64,000 nt of DNA from Thecamonas trahens ATCC 50062 (taxonomy: Eukaryota > Protista > Apusomonadida): NCBI RefSeq assembly GCF_000142905.1, contig NW_013657661.1:372001-436000 (forward strand), given 5' to 3'. Positions within the stretch are counted from its first letter, which is position 1. Every line of letters begins with the position of its first letter. Shown here in pieces: positions 1 to 11,600 of this stretch. The notes below the pieces were generated by a model, which did no database searches, was not told the origin of the DNA, and saw only the letters and a list, made by a program, of their open reading frames with translations. The position numbers and the translations under genes were made by a program.

Positions 1-2
1 GA

Positions 3-1472
3 CTGGAAGGCTCACTTCTGCGGTTCGGCACTGCCGGTCTGCGGACGTTGGTGTACGGCTATCGGGTTGTGCCGCGCGTCGAGGCCGAGCAGTGGCTGGC
101 TGGCCTCGATGCGGCACGAGCTTCGATGAGGCACCGGGCGCAGCGAGTGGCGGCTACGTACGCTGCGCTTGAGCGCGGGCTGACGCTCCTCGGCGCATCA
201 GCGGTGGAGGACAAGCTCCAGGAGGGCGTGCCCGAAACTATTGCCCAGCTCCGAAAGGCCGGCATTCGGTTCTGGATGCTGACCGGCGACAAGGAGTCGA
301 CAGCACGGCAAATTGCGATCTCGTGCAACTTGGTCGGTAACCACGGGGCAGCGGTAGTGCCGCTCACAAGCATTGCGCGTGCGCCGAACGAGGTCCATGC
401 CATTCTTGGCGAGGCGTCGCGGAACATGGGACCGGAGACATCGCTCGTCATCGACGGCGCGTCGCTGCGGATTGTACTGAGCTCTGCGCGCGAGTACTTC
501 GTGCGGCTGGCGCTGTCGGCGGCAGCCGTGGTCTGCTGTCGCATGTCGCCAGACCAAAAGGCCGAGCTAGTGCGTGAGGTGCAGGCTTTAGGGCGCGGAG
601 CACGGACGCTGGCCATCGGTGATGGCGGCAACGATGTGGCCATGCTCCAGGCTGCTGCGGTCGGCGTCGGCATCTCGGGACGCGAGGGCCTGCAGGCCGC
701 ACGAGCGGCCGACTACGCTGTGGCGCAGTTCCGGTTCCTCGGACGGCTGCTTCTTGTCCACGGGCGATATGCTTACACTCGGACAGCCTACGTGGCTCAG
801 TACTGCTTCTACAAGTCGATCTACCTCTGCTCGGTCCAGGTCTTCTACAATGGACTTGCTGGCTACTCGGGCATCTCGTACTTCAACACCTTTGCGCTCA
901 CGCTCTACAACGTGGCCATCACCGGGCTGCCGATCCTTTCGTATGCCCTCGACCGCGACGTGCCGATTGCACTTGCGATGGCAAATCCCGGCCTCTACCA
1001 GCACCGACTTCCGTGCTCGGTGGCATCGCTCACGCGGTGGATGGGCCTCGGCGTGGCACAAGGCGGCGTGGCGCTTGGTGTAGCGCTGCTCGGCGCTGGC
1101 CATGTCGGGTTTGACGCCGTCTCGATGGTCACCTACTCGATCCTAGTCCTTGTCACCCTTGCCATGCTCAGCATTGGCCTCCGCGCGCCCAACGCCATCC
1201 ACGCCAGTGTCCTCGGCGCCACGCTCCTCACCTATTTCGTCCTCGTCTCGATCTACTCGTCCATTCCTCGGCTCGCGTTTTTTGGCACCATGGGCCGACT
1301 CGCCACCGAGCCTACAGTCTGGCTCTCTGTCGTCCTCGGCACGTCCATCTCCCTTATCCTCCCCGCTCTCCAGGTCGGACTCCAACGGCGGCGAGTCGCA
1401 CCTGTGGGCAACAGCAGCGATGGCAACAGTGACGGCGCGAGCACGCGACTTTTGCCGATGTCGATGTCATAA
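3..1472 (+). CDS. P4-type ATPase (phospholipid flippase), C-terminal part; 5' end lies outside the window
   Basis: Frame is open from position 3 (FGTAGLRTLVYG). Motifs GASAVEDKLQEGVPETI, WMLTGDK, CCRMSPDQKA, TLAIGDGGNDVAM and GISGREGLQAARAADY...LLLVHGRY, followed by six hydrophobic segments. Confidence 0.95.
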   Translation: MEGSLLRFGTAGLRTLVYGYRVVPRVEAEQWLAGLDAARASMRHRAQRVAATYAALERGLTLLGASAVEDKLQEGVPETIAQLRKAGIRFWMLTGDKESTARQIAISCNLVGNHGAAVVPLTSIARAPNEVHAILGEASRNMGPETSLVIDGASLRIVLSSAREYFVRLALSAAAVVCCRMSPDQKAELVREVQALGRGARTLAIGDGGNDVAMLQAAAVGVGISGREGLQAARAADYAVAQFRFLGRLLLVHGRYAYTRTAYVAQYCFYKSIYLCSVQVFYNGLAGYSGISYFNTFALTLYNVAITGLPILSYALDRDVPIALAMANPGLYQHRLPCSVASLTRWMGLGVAQGGVALGVALLGAGHVGFDAVSMVTYSILVLVTLAMLSIGLRAPNAIHASVLGATLLTYFVLVSIYSSIPRLAFFGTMGRLATEPTVWLSVVLGTSISLILPALQVGLQRRRVAPVGNSSDGNSDGASTRLLPMSMS

Positions 1473-1610
1473 ATAGAAAACTTCCATATGTGTCGTCTGC
1501 AGTCTGCAAGTAGTGGACGTGGCGATGGGGGCATGGTGGCTGTGACGGCGGAGGTGGTCCGTCCGTTCCAAACTGTCTGACACTTGCTCACTCCACTCGC
1601 CGTGGAACTC

Positions 1611-1643
1611 CACCACCACCACCACCACCACCACCACCACCAC
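1611..1643 (+). repeat. (CAC)n microsatellite
   Basis: About 11 CAC/CCA units; a second run at ~1866-1900. Confidence 0.9.
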
Positions 1644-1911
1644 CCCACTCCCTCCCCAGGACTCACCAACAAGGGATCATGGGTGGCTCATCGTCCAAGC
1701 ATTCAAAGCTCTTTGACAGTATGTGTGTGCGAGTGAGAAGGGGGAGGGGGGGGGGGGGGGGGGGGTGAGGGGCGAGCGGGTGCCTGACGCCTGACTCTGT
1801 CGCCTCCTTGCTAGCTCACTGCTGCCACTGGGCATGACATCTCATCAGCCACCAGCCACCAGCAGCCACCACCACCACCACCACCACCACCACCACCACC
1901 AAGCACTCACC

Positions 1912-2553
1912 ATGACCATCGCCGTAGAACTCTTCGCAAATGCCATCGATCTCATCAGGCAGTCGGCACACTCGCACGAGCTGGATAGGGTAATGGAGGC
2001 GGCGATGGAAGGCGATACAGAGGCGGTCGAGCAGCTGCGCCACGAGCAGCAGGAGAAGGCCATGGAGATGAATCGGGCGGTGCTAATGGAGCTGTGGAAC
2101 GAGTTTGATGAAAATGGCGACGGCGTACTGTCACGTGAGGAGAACCGGAGGCTGGTTCACCAGTACCTCGTCGCCTCCAAGATCCACCTGCCCAAGGTCA
2201 TGGAGGAGTCGCTGCGGGTCTCGATGGAGCTGGGCCTGAGCGCGATCGAGGCCCAGGATCCAAGCATGGCGCATGACATGCGCAAGGAGCTCAAGGCTGT
2301 GATGAAGACCATCAAGAAGGATTTGACTGCAGGCGTGGTCTCCGTCCTCGACGAAATCCTAGCCAACGTCGACGAGACCGCAGACGCCCTGCTTGCCGAG
2401 ATGGACATCGACGGCGACGGCCAAGTCGACCGCGAGGAGTTTATCACCAAGTTCCTCGCCGCCACCTCGGCAGTCATCAAGCCGGAGCGGTTCCAAGCGG
2501 CCACGTCGTCAGCCATGGCTGCTGCTAACGAGGCGCTGCACGGCGAAGAGTAA
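1912..2553 (+). CDS. EF-hand calcium-binding protein with two widely separated EF-hands
   Basis: Canonical loops DENGDGVLSREE and DIDGDGQVDREE. ATG at 1912 preferred; the in-frame ATG at 1834 would add a CAC-repeat-encoded poly-His. Confidence 0.85.
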   Translation: MTIAVELFANAIDLIRQSAHSHELDRVMEAAMEGDTEAVEQLRHEQQEKAMEMNRAVLMELWNEFDENGDGVLSREENRRLVHQYLVASKIHLPKVMEESLRVSMELGLSAIEAQDPSMAHDMRKELKAVMKTIKKDLTAGVVSVLDEILANVDETADALLAEMDIDGDGQVDREEFITKFLAATSAVIKPERFQAATSSAMAAANEALHGEE

Positions 2554-2618
2554 CTCCTCACCGACGATGTACTCGCTTCACCCTCAAGCGGCTTTCCTTC
2601 AGCTTTAAAATCTACTTC

Positions 2619-5600
2619 TCAGCCGCGGTGCTGATGTGAGCTGTGGCGTGGGCCCGGGCCACGGAGCGGCGACGAGAGGTTGGGGCCGATGTTAGACCGC
2701 GTTGATGGCACGATGTAGCGGACAGGCGAGGAGACCGGGACCGGAACGGCAACCGGGACGGCAATATACTTGGTCTCAGTCTTGGTCTTTCCGGTCTTGG
2801 TCCGGGACGACGACGACGACTTTGACTTTGACGTCGATGAGGCGCGCGAGCGGGAGCGGGCCTTGGGTGGCGTCGACGGGCGCGACCGGCGCTTCGATCC
2901 GCTGGTCTTGCGGGCCGAGCGGCGGATCGGCTCCTCTGAAGTCGAGAGCGAGGTCGAGAGTGAGGTCGAGAGCGACGATTCGTCGTCAACGGTTGCCCGC
3001 GACGGAATTGGCGGTGGCGACGCAAAGAATGGCGGCGTGGCAAGGTATGGCGGCATCGGTGAGGCGTAGCGGCCGCGCATGTACATGTCAGTGCGCGGCG
3101 GCGGTGAAGCATACGAGCCCATAGATGCAAGCGATGAGACCCTGCGGTGCGGAACGGTCGACATCGACGACGGCGTCTCGGTCGAGTACACAACCAGGGC
3201 TCGCGAGTCAATGCTCGACTCGGTTTGAGGCGTTGCGCTCGGCGCTGACACTGGCCGCTCGCGGCGGAGCGGAGTGTCCGGTGCGTCGGCCAGGCTTGGA
3301 ACGGCAGACTGCATCTCGATGAGGGCATCGAGCTGGGCCTGGAGCTGGCGCGACTCGGCCTGAGCCAGACTCAACTCGTTGCGCATGCGCTCGCGCTCGA
3401 GCACATCCCAATGGACCACATCCTCCTTCCCTGACGCGTACAGCTCTTCCTCCAGGTCGGCGATGCGCTTGCGCAGCTCCTGCTCTACGATCTGTTCGAA
3501 CAAGACTTCGGTGTCGGAGATGAGGTGCGACGACTGCAGCGTCGACGGAAGAACGGTGTCAAGCAGCTCGTTTCGCTGCGACAGGAGCTCGTTGTAGGAG
3601 GCGCGCAGGTTGTCGAGCTCGCTGCTGAGATCCTCGTTGGCGCCTTCAGACGTCGCTAGCGTCTCCTGTACGTCGGCCAGCTGGCTGGTCAGAAGCTCCT
3701 TGGACGAGGTGAGGAGCGCAGCACGCTCGCGCTCGCGCTCAAGCTCGGTCTGCAGCTCGGAGAGACGCTTGTCGCGCGACTTGGCAGCAGCAGCGGCAGC
3801 CTTTTTGGCGGCAGAAAGCTCCGACTCAAGGTCCATGTTTGCATCAATAAGAGCGTCGAGCCGGCTCTGAAGATCCGCGGCGCGGGCCTCGGCAGATGCA
3901 ACAGCACGTTCAACCTCATCGCGCGAGACGCGCTCCGGGGAGAGCAGCTCGCGGGTGAGCGAGGTCGTGGCGTTGGTTAGCGACGAGTGCTCAGCGGTAA
4001 GCTTGTCGACATCCTGGCGGAGGAGAACGCGCTCCGAGTTGCAGACAGTGAGTGCCGCCACAGAATCGGCAAGCTCCGTCTCGAGCTCAGCAACACGAGT
4101 GCGGAGCGATGCAGCCTCGGCACGAGCTTCTAGAAGTTTTTCGACGGTCGTCTCGACAGTGGAACCTTCCGTGGTCCGGGCATCAAGCGCAGCACGGAGC
4201 GCCGCAGCATCGGCCACAGCAAGATCACGCTCGGCCTTGGTGTCAAGCAGCTGGCGGAGCGTCGACTCGACCCCAGAGGTATCTGCGAGCGCGGCGCGGA
4301 GCGCGGCGAGTTCGGCGACGGCCTCGTCACGCTCGACAGAAGCAGCTGCAAGCTGATCGCGCAAGGCGTCGGCGTCCTCAACCAGCTCGTCGCGAAGCAC
4401 GTCGAGTTGGCCACGGAACGCATCGAGCTCCAAATGGAGGTCGCGTACGTCGGTGCGGGCGGCGTCACGCTCAGCCGAGGCAGCAGCAAGCTGGCTTTGG
4501 AGCGAGTCGAGTTGCTCGTAAGTGTCGGCAGTCTCGGCTTCAAGAGCCTCGAGCCTGATTTGAACGGCATCAGCGCCCGCGCGAGCAATGTCACGCTCAG
4601 AGGTTGTAGTCTCAACTTGGTTGCGGAGTGCGTTGGCGTCAGCACGAGCAAGGTCGCGCTCGGTAGTGGCAGCTTCGAGCTGCTCACGCAGTCCGTCAGT
4701 GTCAGCACCGATCTGCTCGCGGAGAGCATCGAGTTCGGTACGCAGCCCATCGGCATCAGCACGAGCAAGGTCGCGCTCGGTAGTGGCAGCTTCGAGCTGC
4801 TCACGCAGTCCGTCAGTGTCAGCACCGATCTGCTCGCGGAGAGCATCAAGTTCGGTACGCAGCCCATCGGCATCAGCACGAGCAAGGTCGCGCTCGGTAG
4901 TGGCAGCTTCGAGCTGCTCACGCAGTCCGTCAGTGTCAGCATCGAGCTGTTCGCGGAGAGTATCGAGTTCAGTACGCAGCCCATCGGCATCGGCACGGGC
5001 AAGGTCGCGCTCGGTAGTGGCAGCTTGAAGCTGCTCGCGAAGTGCATCAATCTCAGTCCTCAGCCCATCGGCATCAGCACAAGCAGCATCGCGCTCGGTG
5101 ACAGCAGCTTCGAGCTGCTCGCGCAGTCCGTCAGTGTCAGCACCGAGCTGTTCGCGGAGAGTATCGAGTTCGGTACGCAGCCCATCGGCATCAGCACGAG
5201 CAGCATCGCGCTTGGTGGCGGCAGCATCGAGCTGCTCGCGAAGTACATCGAGCTGTTCGCGGAGAGTATCGAGTTCGGTACGCAGCCCATCGGCATCAGC
5301 ACGAGCAGCATCGCCCTTGGTGGCGGCAGCATCGAGCTGCTCGCGAAGTACATCGAGCTGTTCGCGGAGAGTATCGAGTTCAGTACGCAGCCCATCGGCA
5401 TCAGCACGAGCAAGGTCGCGCTCGGTAGTGGCAGCTTCGAGCTGCTCACGCAGTCCGTCAGTGTCAGCACCGATCTGCTCGCGGAGAGCATCAAGTTNNN
5501 NNNNNNNNNNNNNNNNNNNNNNNNNNNNNNNNNNNNNNNNNNNNNNNNNNNNNNNNNNNNNNNNNNNNNNNNNNNNNNNNNNNNNNNNNNNNNNNNNNNN

Positions 5601-8600
5601 NNNAGTATCGAGTTCAGTACGCAGCCCATCGGCATCAGCACGAGCAAGGTCGCGCTCGGTAGTGGCAGCTTGAAGCTGCTCGCGAAGTGCATCAATCTCA
5701 GTCCTCAGCCCATCGGCATCAGCACAAGCAGCATCGCGCTCGGTGACAGCAGCTTCGAGCTGCTCGCGCAGTCCGTCAGTGTCAGCACCGATCTGCTCGC
5801 GGAGAGCATCAAGTTCGGTACGCAGCCCATCGGCATCAGCACAAGCAGCATCGCGCTCGGTGACAGCAGCTTCGAGCTGCTCGCGCAGTCCGTCAGTGTC
5901 AGCACCGATCTGCTCGCGGAGAGCATCGAGTTCGGTACGCAGCCCATCGGCATCAGCACGAGCAAGGTCGCGCTCGGTAGTGGCAGCTTCGAGCTGCTCA
6001 CGCAGTCCGTCAGTGTCAGCACCGAGCTGTTCGCGGAGAGCATCGAGTTCGGTACGCAGCCCATCGGCATCAGCACGAGCAAGGTCGCGCTCGGTGGTAG
6101 CAGACTCGAGCAGATCACGCAATCCGTCGGCATCAGCACGGGCAGCATCGCGCTCGGTGGCGGCAGCATCGAGCTGCTCGCGAAGTACATCGAGCTGTTC
6201 GCGGAGAGTATCGAGTTCGGTACGCAGCCCATCGGCATCAGCACGAGCAAGGTCGCGCTCGGTGGTAGCAGACTCGAGCAGATCACGCAATCCGTCGGCA
6301 TCAGCACGGGCAGCATCGCGCTCGGTGGCGGCAGCATCGAGCTGCTCGCGAAGTACATCGAGCTGTTCGCGGAGAGTATCGAGTTCGGTACGCAGCCCAT
6401 CGGCATCAGCACGAGCAAGGTCGCGCTCGGTAGTGGCAGCTTCGAGCTGCTCACGCAGTCCGTCGGCTTCGGTATCAAGCTGCTCGCGAACTGACGTCAG
6501 CTCATCCTCGCACTGCCGCAGTTTCTCTTCGCTCTCTGCAGCGACACTCTCGAGGCGCGCCACGTCGGCTCGGGCGTCCACCAGAGCTTGTGTCAAACTG
6601 GCAGAATCGACATCACGCTCCATCTCAATCGCCTCAATCTTCGACGAAAGCTCCGCCTGACCGGCAAGAAGCTCGTCGCGATCGACTTCAAGCTCATCCA
6701 CCTTGCTTTCCAGATCGTCGTGATCCCGCTCCAACTCCTGGCATCTCGCCTCGAGCTCGTCGCAGGCGAGCTCAGCACTCTCAGCCCGTTCCAGCAGAAT
6801 CTTACGCTCAGCAGCAGCCGCGGCACATCGTGCAACCAGCTCATCACGCTCATCTTCGACCGCAACCAGGCCAACTTGTGAGACCTTGAGCGCAGCCCCC
6901 GCTCGCGCAAGCTCTGACCGCAACGTCTCAATCTCTGCAGCTGCACCCTCGCACTCTGCGCGCGCGCGCCAAAGATCTCCATTCGCAGCCTCAAGTCGAC
7001 CGTCCTCTCGGCAATGGCTCCACGGGCATCCAGCAGCGCTGTCTGTGCTGCTGCAAGTTCGACAAGAATTGCCTGTCGCTGCATCTCGTTAGCAGCCACC
7101 TTGCGCCGCAGCGCCTCTCCCACGCTTCGCAGCGCATCGGCCTCGCTGGCTGCTTCAGCACGATCGCGGGCGAGCCGCTGGATCCGCTTCAGCATGTCCT
7201 CACTCGACGCACCCACAGCAGCGAGTGCCTCCTCAAGCTCAGCCTGCAGCCGACGAACAGTTGCTTCGGCGCGCGCATGCGCAGCACGACTGGCAGAAAG
7301 CTCCATTTCGACCACGGTTTCACCACCAGTAAACGACTCCGAAGAGTTGGTGGTGCCAACAGCATCGGTACTACCAACCTGAGAGAGTGCAGCCTCGCTC
7401 CGGCTTGCGTCAAGCAACAGGCGTAGACGATCCACCTCGCCCATAGCAGTGTCGCGCTCGCCCATAACGTCGGCCAAAGACGACATCGAGTCAGCCAGCC
7501 GCCCTGCCAGAGAGACAAAGGCCTCCATTGTCTCTGCCACTGGCACTTCGTCACCAAGCTCTGCAAGAAGAGCCTGCACACGTGCAAGCTCTGGCTCAAT
7601 CGTGTCCGCCGCGGCAGTTGTAGGAAGAACCATCCGTGTAGCAGAGGCAACTTCTGCCAGCTCAGCATGCCCGTGATACACACCTTCTGCGACTTGGTGT
7701 GAGTTGGTGCCTTGGTGGGAAGCAGTCTCAAGCGTGTCCAGCATGTCGCGCAAATGGCGGAGCTCGCCTTGCGCTTCGGCCTCAGCAGCAGCAGCCAGAA
7801 GTGCCTCTGCGCCCAAGCGCGCCACCTCGGCTTCCAAATCACTAATCCTACACTGCGCCGCAATATGATCATCCACCACAGGTGTTGTACCTTCTGTGGC
7901 CGTATCTGCTACGGGCTCTGCTTGGCGATCCGCCAGCTCCACCTTTGCGGCTGCCAGCTCAGTCTCCAATTCAGCAACATAGTCCAGGGTGGGGCGCGAT
8001 GAAAGATCACGCTCTGCCTTGGCGAGCTGGAGCTCAACAGCAGCAAGCTTGTCTGTGAGCCCATCCGTTGCACTCTCGGTTGACTTGGATGACAACTTCT
8101 TCGTCGCCTTCAGCTCACGCTCCAGAACAGCTACGCGACTGGCAAGCTCATCAGCGGCAGATGCCTGGCGCTTCAGGACCTGGTTCTCCACCTCCAGACG
8201 AGCCACAGTCTGTGCGGCCTCCTCCAGACGTGCTTCCGTGCTGTTGAGCTGCGCTTTCAGCTGTTCACAATCCAGTGTCCCAGCATCCTCCAGCTCACGC
8301 TCGGCTATCTCCAGCTGTTTGACGAGCACCTGGCGCTCAGCCTCGGCCCGCTTGCTGGTCACGCTGCAAGCCTGCAGCTGCCCTTCGACTCCTGCCAAAT
8401 TTTGCTCGAGCACCTCCTTCTCGGCCTCAAGCCTGACCACAGCCTCGTCCTTGGCCGTCACCTCGGCTTCCAGCTCGGCCACACGTGCTGCGCTGGTCGC
8501 AGCGTCGGCAGCCTGCTCATCTGCAGCCGCAATCCGCCGCTCGAGAACCTCCTTCTCGGCCTCAAGCCTGACCACAGCCTCGTCCTTGGCCGTCACCTCG

Positions 8601-11600
8601 GCTTCCAGCTCGGCCACACGTGCTGCGCTGGTCGCAGTGTTGGTAGCCTGCTCATCTGCAGCCGCAATCCGCCTCTCGAGAACCTCCTTCTCGGCCTCAA
8701 GCCTGACCACAGCCTCGTCCTTGGCCGTCACCTCGGCTTCCAGCTCGGCCACACGTGCTGCGCTGGTCGCAGCGTCAGCAGCCTGCTCATCTGCAGCCGC
8801 AATCCGCCGCTCAAGCACCTCCTTCTCGGCCTCAAGCCTGACCACAGCCTCGTCCTTGGCCGTCACCTCGGCTTCCAGCTCGGCCACACGTGCTGCGCTT
8901 GTCGCAGTGTCGGTAGCCTGCTCATCTACAGCCGCAATCCGCCGCTCAAGCACCTCCTTCTCGGCCTCAAGCCTGACCACAGCCTCGTCCTTGGCCGTCA
9001 CCTCGGCTTCCAGCTCGGCCACACGTGCTGCGCTTGTCGCAGTGTCGGTAGCCTGCTCATCTACAGCCGCAATCCGCCGCTCAAGCACCTCCTTCTCGGC
9101 CTCAAGCCTGACCANNNNNNNNNNNNNNNNNNNNNNNNNNNNNNNNNNNNNNNNNNNNNNNNNNNNNNNNNNNNNNNNNNNNNNNNNNNNNNNNNNNNNN
9201 NNNNNNNNNNNNNNNNNNNNNNNNNNNNNNNNNNNNNNNNNNNNNNNNNNNNNNNNNNNNNNNNNNNNNNNNNNNNNNNNNNNNNNNNNNNNNNNNNNNN
9301 NNNNNNNNNNNNNNNNNNNNNNNNNNNNNNNNNNNNNNNNNNNNNNNNNNNNNNNNNNNNNNNNNNNNNNNNNNNNNNNNNNNNNNNNNNNNNNNNNNNN
9401 NNNNNNNNNNNNNNNNNNNNNNNNNNNNNNNNNNNNNNNNNNNNNNNNNNNNNNNNNNNNNNNNNNNNNNNNNNNNNNNNNNNNNNNNNNNNNNNNNNNN
9501 NNNNNNNNNNNNNNNNNNNNNNNNNNNNNNNNNNNNNNNNNNNNNNNNNNNNNNNNNNNNNNNNNNNNNNNNNNNNNNNNNNNNNNNNNNNNNNNNNNNN
9601 NNNNNNNNNNNNNNNNNNNNNNNNNNNNNNNNNNNNNNNNNNNNNNNNNNNNNNNNNNNNNNNNNNNNNNNNNNNNNNNNNNNNNNNNNNNNNNNNNNNN
9701 NNNNNNNNNNNNNNNNNNNNNNNNNNNNNNNNNNNNNNNNNNNNNNNNNNNNNNNNNNNNNNNNNNNNNNNNNNNNGGCCTCAAGCCTGACCACAGCCTC
9801 GTCCTTGGCCGTCACCTCGGCTTCCAGCTCGGCCACACGTGCTGCGCTGGTCGCAGCGTCAGCAGCCTGCTCATCTACAGCCGCAATCCGCCGCTCGAGA
9901 ACCTCCTTCTCGGCCTCAAGCCTGACCACAGCCTCGTCCTTGGCCGTCACCTCGGCTTCCAGCTCGGCCACACGTGCTGCGCTGGTCACAGCGTCGGCAG
10001 CCTGCTCATCTGCAGCCGCAATCCGCCGCTCGAGAACCTCCTTCTCGGCCTCAAGCCTGACCACAGCCTCGTTCTTGGCCGTCACCTCGGCTTCCAGCTC
10101 GGCCACACGTGCTGCGCTGGTCGCAGCGTCAGCAGCCTGCTCATCTACAGCCGCAATCCGCCGCTCGAGAACCTCCTTCTCGACCTCAAGCCTGACCACA
10201 GCCTCGTCCTTGGCCGTCACCTCGGCTTCCAGCTCGGCCACACGTGCTGCACTGGTCGTAGCGTCGGCAGCCTGCTCATCTGCAGCCGCAATCCGCCGCT
10301 CAAGCACCTCCTTCTCGGCCTCAAGCCTGACCACAGCCTCGTCCTTGGCCGTCACCTCGGCTTCCAGCTCGGCCACACGTGCTGCGCTTGTCGCAGCGTC
10401 AGCAGCCTGCTCATCTACAGCCGCAATCCGCCGCTCGAGAACCTCCTTCTCGGCCTCAAGCCTGACCACAGCCTCGTCCTTGGCCGTCACCTCGGCTTCC
10501 AGCTCGGCCACACGTGCTGCGCTTGTCGCAGTGTCAGCAGCCTGCTCATCTACAGCCGCAATCCGCCGCCCAAGCACCTCCTTCTCGGTCTCAAGCCTGA
10601 CCACAGCCTCGTCCTTCGTTCTCAATGCAGCCTCGAGACCCATCTCCCGCTCCTCGGCCGCTTCGACAGCCGCCCCAAGCCGCTTGCGCAGCTTGCCCAC
10701 CTCGGCCGTCGCGGCTGCGGCATCGCTCTCGGCAGCTAGCTTCGCCGACTTGGCCTCCACAAGCTGCTGCATCAGATCCCGCTGCGATGCATCCGACGCT
10801 GCACTTCTAACACTCTCCCGGACCACAGCAAGCTCGGCCTCGGCAGCTGCAAGCTTCTCCTCCAACTCGCGAATCATCTCACCCGAACGTGACTCGTCGG
10901 TCGCAGAGTCAACGCGGACGATAACATCAGCCTTGGCCGCCAGTGCCTCGTCCAGTTCGCGCTCAAGCTCTTCCACTCGCTCGCTGAGCAAGTCGTTGCT
11001 CTTAGATGCCGCCTCCAGCTTATTGCGCAACCTCTGCGTCTCAGCATCGCCGCCTTCGCTCGCCGCTACTGCCTCGCGCTCACCCTCCAGAGAGGCCACT
11101 CGTGAGCTCAACGCATTTGCGTTGGCTTCGGCAAAAACAAGCTGCTTCCGAAGCCGCTTCTCCTCAACACTCTCCGCGGCGTCCCTGGCATCAAGAACAC
11201 CTTCAAGCTCCCGGACTCGCGACTTCAGGCTACCCGCTCGTCGCGTTGCCTCCTTCAGTTCGCGCTGGACATGTGCCAGCTCGGCCACCGCGGCTGCCGC
11301 ATCGCTCTCGGCCTCCAGCTTAAAAGCCTTGGCTTCCACAAGCTGGCGCATGATATCGTCTTCGCGTCGGCCCTCGCTCGCAGCATGCGCAAGCGCTGTC
11401 TCGCGCTCGAGTGTCCACACTCGCTCTTGGAGCTCACGAACGCTCTGCTTTTCATCAAGCAGCTGCTGCTGAAGACGGAAGACCTCGCGATCAGCAGCGG
11501 CCTCGCGCTCCGCACGCGCCTCGGCGAGTGCATTCTCGAGCTCCTGCACGCGACCACTCAGCTCATGCGTGCTCTCGCCCGCTGAGAGCAGCTTGCTGTG

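Noticed and set aside
1834-1911. N-terminal poly-His tract on the EF-hand protein
   Set aside because: CAC microsatellites are common in local non-coding DNA (1611-1643, ~49450-49640), and ATG 1912 has an ACC-ATG context like other starts. Not excluded, but unsupported.
8400-10620. Regular repeats as a CRISPR array or satellite
   Set aside because: Contiguous in-frame 135-bp units with no unique spacers, inside a eukaryotic coding region; no cas genes.
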